Below, in pieces: positions 12,701 to 35,449 of a DNA stretch of 64,000 nucleotides. Location: NCBI GenBank assembly GCA_051294375.1, contig CM119268.1, forward strand, positions 11,614,200 to 11,678,199, in the 5' to 3' direction. Both the position numbers and the translations under genes were made by a program. This DNA comes from Paraspadella gotoi. Taxonomy: Eukaryota > Animalia > Chaetognatha. How positions within the stretch are numbered: the first letter of the stretch is position 1; each line of letters starts with the position of its first letter. The notes below the pieces were generated by a model. It ran no database searches. It was not told where the DNA came from and was given only the letters and a program-made list of their open reading frames with translations.

Positions 12701-15700
12701 ACTCGTCCTTGGAGAAAGTGTCTTCATCAAAGACGTCGAAGGCGACGCTGTGGCCGAGGAGCGTCTCCACTGGAAACTCGAACCACTCGTCCCAAGTCGG
12801 CTCCGTCGTGTTCTTCACCACCGTCGTCGTCGCTGGGGAGGCAATGAAGGACGAGGTGGGGGGTGGGGGATTAAAAACGGGATTTTGGCGGGAAACGGGC
12901 ACCGAAATATAACGTTTTCAAAAGGAATTCCTTCTGGGCAAAGTTTGGAACTCGGCTCTTCCAAACCAAAAAGTCACATTCAAGAAGACTACGTTCCAAC
13001 TTCAACTCTCTATCCTTTTCTTAATGTCTAGTGATTTTCTTATCAACATCCGATCAAACCATCACCCATGTAGCAGAGGAACTTGTTCTGTTTTAAAATA
13101 ATATTGAGCTCTTCAATGTCATTTGCATATTTTAGCCGTTTAGATTACTTCTCATATCTTTTGAGACTTTTTCTCGGTTTTTTTCGTAGTTTTATTTTTA
13201 TTAATGTAGGACTTTTTAAAAAATGTGACAAACGTTACATCGCCGATCAATCCTTAAACTTGACCTGAACCGGCCTAATTCTTTCCGAGTTCTAGTCCCT
13301 TGTACGAGTTTTCTTTTTGCCATTTATTAGAGAAACGGATCATGCGCAGAGAAATTACTGACGATTGTATTTTATATTTTGTTATTAAAAAAAAAATATT
13401 TTCAATTTTCCTCTGAAATGCTTGTGAATTTCTGTAATATAACTACAAGTACTAATAATGTTAAAGCAACTTTGCAAGTGCAAGGCACTATGTCAGCTGG
13501 TTGGTCAAAAAAAAAAAAACATCGTTCGGATCGGTTTTCCCAAAATGCGAAGAGATGGAGACTCACGGACGAGAGAGGAAAAAAGGCCAAAGCAATTACC
13601 GTCGACTTTTTGTTCACCACGCGTCAGACGTCATTTTAGTTTCCAATACTGATTCGTATCTGTTCAAAATGGAAAAAAACCAAAATTAAAAATTAAGTAA
13701 GAATTTATTTATTCACGTTTAAAGTAATTTAAAATTAATTATTCAACGTTTTGTCCGAAATTAAAATTAATTATATAATTATTTAATTAAAATTTTAATA
13801 TATTTGAAATTATTATTAATAATTATTCAAATCATTTAATTTCTTCCAAATTTAAAATTATTATAATAATATAATATATTACAATTATTCACTTTGTCTA
13901 AAGGGGATTGCGACATTCAAATCTCGTTTGCTCGGAGCTTCGAGCTGGAGTGAGGGATTTTTGCAGATCCCAGGGCAGCGCTCGGATCGTCTGAAACCNN
14001 NNNNNNNNNNNNNNNNNNNNNNNNNNNNNNNNNNNNNNNNNNNNNNNNNNNNNNNNNNNNNNNNNNNNNNNNNNNNNNNNNNNNNNNNNNNNNNNNNNNN
14101 NNNNNNNNNNNNNNNNNNNNNNNNNNNNNNNNNNNNNNNNNNNNNNNNNNNNNNNNNNNNNNNNNNNNNNNNNNNNNNNNNNNNNNNNNNNNNNNNNNNN
14201 NNNNNNNNNNNNNNNNNNNNNNNNNNNNNNNNNNNNNNNNNNNNNNNNNNNNNNNNNNNNNNNNNNNNNNNNNNNNNNNNNNNNNNNNNNNNNNNNNNNN
14301 NNNNNNNNNNNNNNNNNNNNNNNNNNNNNNNNNNNNNNNNNNNNNNNNNNNNNNNNNNNNNNNNNNNNNNNNNNNNNNNNNNNNNNNNNNNNNNNNNNNN
14401 NNNNNNNNNNNNNNNNNNNNNNNNNNNNNNNNNNNNNNNNNNNNNNNNNNNNNNNNNNNNNNNNNNNNNNNNNNNNNNNNNNNNNNNNNNNNNNNNNNNN
14501 NNNNNNNNNNNNNNNNNNNNNNNNNNNNNNNNNNNNNNNNNNNNNNNNNNNNNNNNNNNNNNNNNNNNNNNNNNNNNNNNNNNNNNNNNNNNNNNNNNNN
14601 NNNNNNNNNNNNNNNNNNNNNNNNNNNNNNNNNNNNNNNNNNNNNNNNNNNNNNNNNNNNNNNNNNNNNNNNNNNNNNNNNNNNNNNNNNNNNNNNNNNN
14701 NNNNNNNNNNNNNNNNNNNNNNNNNNNNNNNNNNNNNNNNNNNNNNNNNNNNNNNNNNNNNNNNNNNNNNNNNNNNNNNNNNNNNNNNNNNNNNNNNNNN
14801 NNNNNNNNNNNNNNNNNNNNNNNNNNNNNNNNNNNNNNNNNNNNNNNNNNNNNNNNNNNNNNNNNNNNNNNNNNNNNNNNNNNNNNNNNNNNNNNNNNNN
14901 NNNNNNNNNNNNNNNNNNNNNNNNNNNNNNNNNNNNNNNNNNNNNNNNNNNNNNNNNNNNNNNNNNNNNNNNNNNNNNNCGTCTGGACTCGAAAAAAAAA
15001 ATATTTTAACAGTAAAAGTAAACTGTAGAATTCCGCTTTCTCTCGCTAAATCATGAGAGTGGAGACAAATCTTGAAGACGCAGATTAAATCTCGAATTTC
15101 TTGTATTTTCGTTAGGAAAAATCATGAACGATGAGTTTACAAATGTGACAAAACCTAGATACGGAGTCGAACTTGAAGGTTTTGGGTGAGAAAGGAGGAG
15201 ATTGAGTCAAAATTGAAAAAAAAAATGGGATGGAAGCCTAACATTGTGATTCAATTGGCCTGGCCAAATGTAAGCGGTCAAGGAAGATTTATAGATAAAT
15301 GTCCAAAATATGATTTTCGTTAACTTACCCTGAAAAGGGAGTGACCGCTGCCGCCGCTGGTTTCTCCGAATGGCGAAGACTTTAAAACCCTTTGAATCAG
15401 AGGTTCCACCTAAAAAAAGGATGAGGTTGTGGGTAAGATTAGGAATAAAGTGTTCAACTAATTCATTTATTTAATTACCATTAACTATCTCATATAAAAA
15501 CTATTTCGCCGATTAAAAAGATACTACCTTTCCCCCAGGTATCACTAAAAATAACCCTCAAGACCGTTTTCAGCTCAGCGTGAACTTTTTCACCGAGAAC
15601 TTTTTGAAAAAAATCAACCGACACTCACCCAATCAAAAAGCATGTTTGAAAACCAGCAGTCTTCCTTCATAAAAACAGTATAATCCGAAGCGTTGAATGA

Positions 15701-15914
15701 AACTTACAAACAAACAACATTCAAGACTAAATAAACACGACTCGTCACAATACTTAAAATTGGAGTATGAGCCCTTTTTAATACTCCTTCTCACGTGCAC
15801 CATAATTCAAGTAAAACGAAAACTGACCTTTTTGCAAAGCGTGGAGGAGAAGAGTTCCCCGATTCGAGGAGACACTTGCTCGATGACCAAACTCAACCAG
15901 TTTCCATCCGCCAT
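3568..15914 (-). CDS. Extended synaptotagmin-like protein (SMP-C2A-C2B), spliced gene span; middle part scrambled by assembly
   Basis: Phase-consistent GT-AG exons spell an SMP domain (NWLSLVIEQV...GDCDIQISLLG..GVRDLQIQGRARIVLKPMMSSLPFTGGFQFCFLEIPRISFDF..LADLPGV..YPNK), C2A (TTVVKNTTEPTWDEWFEF..FDVFDEDTFSKDEFLGR) and C2B (VFIYSCNNL..HPSFQEGFHF..VTMSAVLRF), in E-Syt domain order. Confidence 0.85.
4062..4212 (-). CDS. E-Syt-like exon (C2B core)
   Basis: cggcag|GTG...TCT G|gtgaga; VTVQLGSQPMKQTVVLESQEHPSFQEGFHFTLGEGWQDEVLSVMVEDTAS; 151 nt, phase 0 to 1. Confidence 0.85.
4627..4791 (-). CDS. E-Syt-like exon (C2A end, linker, C2B start)
   Basis: ctccaag|ATC...CAG|gtaatg; ISAQLFYRLLDGRPLEEDRLFDGQSLVYATVFIYSCNNLVIFADESPCDGLPSSQ; 165 nt, phase 0 to 0. 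Confidence 0.85.
5846..5973 (-). CDS. E-Syt-like exon (C2A second half)
   Basis: aaacag|GT CGA...GAG|gtgaga; GRARIPIWGIVDEGLSMEVSVPLEAVPEEVADAEGGGGDVQGE; 128 nt, phase 1 to 0; continues DEFLG of the 12695-12832 exon. Confidence 0.8.
6022..10340 (+). repeat. Indel-rich direct copy of ~2590-5996 (probable unpolished long read)
   Basis: Colinear with 2590-5996 throughout but ~0.9 kb longer from scattered 1-2 nt insertions; all exon copies are frameshifted; starts right after a 25-N gap. Confidence 0.9.
10340..11425. repeat. Noisy fold-back (inverted repeat) containing two copies of the C2A exon
   Basis: 10340-10800 is the approximate reverse complement of ~11020-11425; both arms are indel-rich copies of 12653-12832 plus downstream intron. 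Confidence 0.85.
11427..11481 (-). CDS. E-Syt-like exon, 5' part only (SMP-C2A linker); cut off by noisy gap fill
   Basis: ccttccag|ATC ATC ATC CCT...: IIIPLSQSADAMIVHCLD follows YPNK in phase 0, as in the E-Syt linker. The 3' end is lost where the fold-back segment begins. Confidence 0.7.
11744..11884 (-). CDS. E-Syt-like exon (SMP C-terminal part)
   Basis: tctcag|TTC...AAG|gtaacg; FCFLEIPRISFDFDGLAGSLADLPGVKSLIMKNLRKEMAEQCVYPNK; 141 nt, phase 0 to 0. Confidence 0.9.
12123..12250 (-). CDS. E-Syt-like exon (SMP core)
   Basis: tctaaag|GG GAT...CAA|gtgaat; GDCDIQISLLGASSGVRDLQIQGRARIVLKPMMSSLPFTGGFQ; 128 nt, phase 1 to 0. Confidence 0.9.
12695..12832 (-). CDS. E-Syt-like exon (C2A with Ca2+-loop Asp motif); placed out of order in this assembly
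   Basis: tccccag|CG ACG...TTG G|gtgaac; TTTVVKNTTEPTWDEWFEFPVETLLGHSVAFDVFDEDTFSKDEFLG; 138 nt, phase 1 to 1. Lies 5' of SMP exons, next to an N-gap. Confidence 0.85.
13520..13622 (+). CDS. Noisy, inverted copy of an E-Syt-like SMP exon (..KAITVDFLFTYAG); 5' boundary approximate
   Basis: Its 3' end is the reverse complement of 12620-12642, which reads TTG TTC ACC TAC GCA G|gtcaga on the minus strand and joins GDCDI in phase 1. This copy has indels. Confidence 0.5.
13999..14979. other. Assembly gap inside the E-Syt-like gene
   Basis: Run of N. Confidence 1.
15155..15183 (-). CDS. Probable small E-Syt-like SMP exon (TFKFDSV..), boundaries corrupted
   Basis: ACC TTC AAG TTC GAC TCC GTA after a pyrimidine tract matches the SMP FxFxxxxLG strand. 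No clean AG and the frame at the donor is imperfect. Confidence 0.4.
15329..15409 (-). CDS. E-Syt-like coding exon 2 (SMP)
   Basis: ctttttttag|GTG GAA CCT...AGG|gtaagt; VEPLIQRVLKSSPFGETSGGSGHSLFR; 81 nt, phase 0 to 0. Confidence 0.8.
15828..15914 (-). CDS. E-Syt-like first visible coding exon (SMP start)
   Basis: aacgATGG start context; MADGNWLSLVIEQVSPRIGELFSSTLCKK|gtcagt; resembles the SMP-opening EWLNxxxxQxWP helix; 87 nt. Confidence 0.75.
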
Positions 15915-18151
15915 CGTTAGTGTCGAAATACCTGTTCTAATAGTTTTGTAAATTAAAAATAGTTAAAACTTTGTTATACAATATTTATAAAAAAAAGGAA
16001 TTATTCAAATCGAATCCGCAAAAGGCCTTTTTTTTCCAAACTTCTATGTTTGTTTTAGTCATTAAAAACACATTTCATTATTTATTTTAAATTTGTTTTG
16101 GTGTTTGTTTTTTTATTAGGAAGAAAATAGTTTTCGGAACGAAAAGGAAAAAAAAAAATTAAATCCAATTAAAAGAGATTAATTAATGTCAGTGGAACAA
16201 TTTTTAATTTTGAAAAATGACATCTATTTATAATTCATTTTTCTCGTGTTGAAAAACTCGAAAACTTATGTATATATATGTACGTAGATGGAGGAATTTT
16301 AGGCGTTGTTAAGAAAAAAAAACGTACATTATTACTGGATTTTTTCAAAGTTTGCAGTAAAAAATGTTGAGATGGTCACAGAAACGACAAGTCCCGAGTT
16401 GCCAGACGAGAGGCTCTGCTACAAGCTAGACGAGGAGTGCCGAGTTTCTCAAATAAACTTGAATTCGTCCAATCGCCGATCAGAATTTAGATTAACAACG
16501 TGAAAAGAAAATTAAAACCAATTTTCATTGGCTCTCCGTCCGGCGAAATTGTAAGCTCTTCAATGTTTATCTTGAAAAAAAATTTTTGGAAAATATCAGT
16601 GAAACCAGATGACGATGATGATGATCTCGTTCGTGATGGATCATTAGCTTGCTTAAAACATTATCTGCTCAACAAGACTGCAGTTTTAAAATCTTTAACC
16701 GAGCGACCGAAAGCAAATTGAAAAAAAATTAATGGTTTAAATACCAATAAATAGTTTAACAAAATCTTTCTCCAATTTTCCTCTTCCTCACAACGAGGTT
16801 CTTTTTTTTTGTTGGGACGAGCCGAAAGCGACGCGTGAGAGGAATGGGCAAAAACATCCGAAAAACAAAAGTCACCCAAAAGTGCGCGAGGCCAAGAAAT
16901 ATTACTCTTGGATAATGGATATGATGGCGAAATGCTTTTACGAACTTGCCACGGTACCCCTAACACCCTTCGGTCCTTTCCTAATAAAATAGTGTAATAC
17001 AGCTGAAAATTCTGGAAAGAAGAAGGCAACTGGCCAAAATGGGCACACTAAGGGAGCTTTTCACAGAAGGGAATGGCCACACACTCTCCTCTCGGTCACT
17101 TCAGGTCCATCTTCACGCAACTTTATTCTGTAGCTTTAATTCAACACCCAAACTCTTTATCAAGCATTACAAGAGGATATTATTTTATGCCGCCATTGTG
17201 CCACTAAAGTATCATTATTAATAATTGAACGTCTGTCCTCGATCTATGTTAATATTTTCTTGTTCTCGTAAAACCAACTAATTAAGTCATATTTATTTAC
17301 TTACTGAATTCGATCACAGTTTTCAAAACATTACACCAAACGAATTAATTTCATTCATTTTATTCCATATTAATTGTTCGTTACAAGAATTTGTACACAT
17401 TCGTCAACAAACCATTTGTTTATTAAGTCTATAAACTGACGAATAAATTAGGAGCAACAGTCATGGAAAATTGAGGGAAGAGGAGCATGTGGAGGATTTG
17501 GGGGAAAAAGGGAGACAAAGAACAAATTATTTTTATTGCACAAACATTAATGATTTTTAATATTTAAAAAAAAAATTGGAGGAGCTCTTTCATTTTGTTT
17601 GCGCTAAGTTTAGTGATTGTTAATTCGCGGCCTAAAATCTTCATTTCAAAGAAATTTGACAAGAAAACGTTTTTTCTCTGCATAATATCGTTTGAGTCCC
17701 TCGGAGAAAGGAACCAAGTCTTTTTTCTATGCTTTTTTTTTCAAATAATAATTAGATTAAAATCATGCAAATCATTACGTTTAAAATATCATTGCGACTT
17801 AATGACTTATTTTCAATACCCTCACTATATCCTAGACGATTACATTTGTACATGATAATGTAAGTTATGCAAATACGCGAACGAATATAAACGAAAAAAA
17901 GAGTTTCTGTGCAATGATTGCCGATTAAGAAACAAAATAGGAAGGATGGACTCGAAATAAAAACGCGTAAAAATTTTTTTTCTTGTTTCCTAGTTACAAT
18001 GGGTTGTAGAAAATTGTGTAACAATAACAAAATATTTGTAACAAAAGACAAGATTATAATGTTTAAGATCATGTATGTCGAGAGAAAGATGTAAAGAGCG
18101 AGAAAAAAGAGAGAGGCAATTCAAATTTTTTTTGCGACGAGAGGGAGAGAG

Positions 18152-18202
<51 letters not shown>

Positions 18203-18205
18203 TCG

Positions 18206-32053
<13,848 letters not shown>

Positions 32054-32360
32054 CTGGGAAAAGGGGAGGAGAGGGAAGGGGAGGGGAAGGGGAGGGGAAG
32101 AGAAGGGGAGGGGGAGAAAGGGAGGGAAGAGGGAAGAAAAATTTAATGCGACGTTGCAAAAAGTAATGACGACGACGACAACGACGACGATACATCTCAG
32201 ACGCCGAGCGAAAAGACGCTTATATTTTCAAAAAAATCAAACACGTGGGTTAAATTTTTTCTTTAGAATGGGAAAACGTCGCTTAAACTTATTTGTTTAA
32301 TGCAATTTACTAAATATTTTTACAATGAGTCAAAGGCTCCGGTATTAACGAATAGTTTAC

Positions 32361-32372
32361 CTCCACTTGCAT
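32361..32372 (-). CDS. TFAP2: Candidate AP-2 alternative first coding exon (MQVE)
   Basis: caaaATG CAA GTG GAG|gtaaac, phase 0, arthropod-type CAAA-ATG context, 307-nt intron to the common exon. Confidence 0.55.
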
Positions 32373-33211
32373 TTTGATGGATGAAAATAGATGAAAATTT
32401 AAAGAATTTTATCTTTTAATCAATAAATTAAATCGCAATCGACTTTATTTTTTAAATAAATTTTCGCGCCGAAGATTTAGATCCGGAAGCGCGACGCCAG
32501 CGGGGCGTCACCCGGGGGCCGTCGACGACGTTGATAGAGACGGGGACAAACGAATAGAGTGAGAGCGAATGAGAGAGATTTTTGTCAAAAGATGAAAATG
32601 GAGATTTCGTCAAAAATGGCCCGTGGACCTGGAAGAGCCTCTGGACACGACGGAGAAGCGACAGAGACAGAGACAGACATAGAAAGAGAGAACCGGTTAA
32701 ATAACCGGAATATAAGATTTTTTTTTTCGCGCGCCGACTCGCTCTCAGTCGTTGCCTTCTAGGCTCTCGTTCTCCGTAGTCGCTCGAAGGCTCTCGCGTC
32801 TCTGTCTCTCTCTCTCTCTCGAGTGGCTCCACAACCAGAGGGGATCATATGGAAGCCTAGGGAGGAAAGGGAGGAAATGGAGGAGGAAGAGGAAGAGGAG
32901 GAGGAGGACGACGACGACGTTTTGATTGAAAGGAGAAAAAAAAGTGAAAGGAGGACGTGAAGGTCTTTTGTGATTCGTGATTGGCGGAGGGGGGGGGTGT
33001 CGATTCTGCGAAAGCGGGAGACCTTGACTTTCTGACCCAATTTTCTTTTTCATTTTTATTTCACTTTTTTTTTTCTTTGCTGAATGAGAATCTTTTTTCT
33101 CTTCGTCTTTTGAGCGATGGATTTTGACGAAAAGGTTGCGCGATCGCGACAGAATAAAAGGAGAGAAAAAAAACTTGACTGCTATTTAAAAAAAAAAAAC
33201 GAAACTTTATA

Positions 33212-33384
33212 TGACGTCATCAAACTGTCGGTTTTGTACAAACGGTTTCGTTATTAAATCCGACTCTGTGTCTCGATTTAAAGACGAAATAAAAAAGTTT
33301 ATTTCTTTAATCTTTCGCCAGATGCGAAGCGGAAGTCGCTGAGGGTAATCATTGACGTCAAAGTCTTCGAACTCATTGACGTCA
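33212..33384. promoter_or_regulatory. Cluster of three full CRE palindromes (TGACGTCA)
   Basis: TGACGTCA at 33212, 33353 and 33377; the last two lie in a 24-bp repeat. Confidence 0.35.
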
Positions 33385-33565
33385 AAATTCAAACTCATTG
33401 GAGTCAACTGGAGCGAATCAGCGTCAATAACGTCTTCACTGCTTTTTCTTTGTCGTCGTTTGTCGTCGTCGTCGTTGTCGTCATCTTCTGCCTTGGGGAC
33501 AAAATTCCGGCCTCAAACAAAAACTCGAACTGACTTTAAAAATGGTGACAAATCCCCCGCGGCGG

Positions 33566-33625
<60 letters not shown>

Positions 33626-34235
33626 TAAGAATGAAAAGTTTCAAATAATAACAGTGATGGAATTTTTGAAAGCTTAGTGGCCACCGAAATAAAAAAAACA
33701 TTCAAAAATGCTTAATTTTTTTTGCAAAGCTAATTTATTTGGCAATATTTATCCTCGAACCTATTGATTTCTGTCTTTTTGTTTGCAAAGACTAAATCCA
33801 TTTCTCGTTCAAGTCGTTTTTTACATTCAATTTTCTTTTNNNNNNNNNNNNNNNNNNNAGTTGGGATGGAGAAAGATTTTCATACAGATATGTGGCACGA
33901 CACAGAGGTGCAGCCACAACGTAACCGGATGTCGGGGCAACTGTGGAGACACAGTCCTANNNNNNNNNNNNNNNNNNNNNNNNNNNNNNNNNNNNNNNNN
34001 NNNNNNNNNNNNNNNNNNNNNNNNNNNNNNNNNNNNNNNNNNNNNNNNNNNNNNNNNNNNNNNNNNNNNNNNNNNNNNNNNNNNNNNNNNNNNNNNNNNN
34101 NNNNNNNNNNNNNNNNNNNNNNNNNNNNNNNNNNNNNNNNNNNNNNNNNNNNNNNNNNNNNNNNNNNNNNNNNNNNNNNNNNNNNNNNNNNNNNNNNNNN
34201 NNNNNNNNNNNNNNNNNNNCTTGGATGGCATCTCG

Positions 34236-34481
34236 CAGGGAAGGTGGGTCGATCGATTCAAATTGTTTAATTAATTGTTCATAGGATTTTGATTCAGATT
34301 TTAATTGGATTCAGATTTAATTCATTATATTTTATTATCTGATTAGAAAAAACTCAAACAACATCAAGTTATTAAATTCTTAATACAATTTAAATTGAAT
34401 CCAATTAAATATCTGAATCAAAATTCCTATGGATACAATTAATTAAACAATTTTGAATTCATCGTTACCCACACTTCCCTG
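34236..34481. repeat. ~245-bp imperfect palindrome between two N-gaps
   Basis: cagggaaggtgggt..aattgtttaattaattgt..ataggattttgattcagat pairs with atctgaatcaaaattcctat..acaattaattaaacaatt..acccacacttccctg. Confidence 0.85.
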
Positions 34482-35449
34482 NNNNNNNNNNNNNNNNNNN
34501 NNNNNNNNNNNNNNNNNNNNNNNNNNNNNNNNNNNNNNNNNNNNNNNNNNNNNNNNNNNNNNNNNNNNNNNNNNNNNNNAATTAATGTACTGACTACATT
34601 ATGTGATAAAAGATAAAACAATTTTTGTGATAAAGTAATAATAAAAGTATTTTCTTTTCATCAAGATCTTTGAAACCAGACTGAATTAATTTCAGCAAAC
34701 AATCATAGAAGTAAACAATAGTTGGAACTAAAAAATAACAAAAGATAAAAAAGCTGAGACCATTTCATAGGATCCAGTTTTATCTCGGAAAACAAAAGAT
34801 TCGATTCCATTCTAATGGCCACAGATATTTCCATATTTGCATTTCTGTCAGTTTTATGTTTCAAATTAACACCATTGCGCCGTTGATAGCGAAGACTCCG
34901 CTCACGATAAAGACGACTGACTTTGCCACGACGACGACGACGACGACGACGACGACATTAACGTGGACTTTCAAGCGATTTTCCGCCTTGGCGATTTTCA
35001 TTGATTACGAGGAACCACAGCGTCCTTCGCTTCGATGAATCCTTCTCCAATAAACAGCGATAAACCATCGCCGATCGGCTGATAAGAGAGCCGATCGGGA
35101 ATCACTACTCAATTCTAATAGAGCTCGTCAATCACCAATAAGGGTAATTACAAAAAACTTATGATTGGTAAAATATATATATATATATTTATATATTACC
35201 ATATTTTTAATGTGAATTGAAATTGAAATTACTTAGAAAAACCAACTCAGGAGAATTAATCAATCTCAGAATGGATACAAAACTTACGCAAAACTGAAAT
35301 CAAACATCGGAGCAGCGAAATCACTATTGAAAATTATTTCGTTGTAATTTCCAAATACGTCTTACGTGAGGTCGATTCGGTTCCATGCAATTTTTGAAAT
35401 TTGGAGACCGTAACGAGACTCGGTAGTCAATATTCATTAAAATTCCATG

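Larger units (their letters stand above)
12160..13998. repeat. Inverted duplication: 12160-12642 vs ~13608-13998
   Basis: Direct reverse-complement match including most of the GDCDI exon; both arms end at N-gaps. Confidence 0.85.

Noticed and set aside
13928-15028. Long ORFs spanning N-runs (also 33764-34284 and 53350-54175)
   Set aside because: Open only because of Ns.
32452-32850. Further AP-2 first exon ending CGG|gtgacg
   Set aside because: Weak donor, no in-frame ATG, microsatellite-derived content; more likely 5' UTR or promoter of the MQVE exon.
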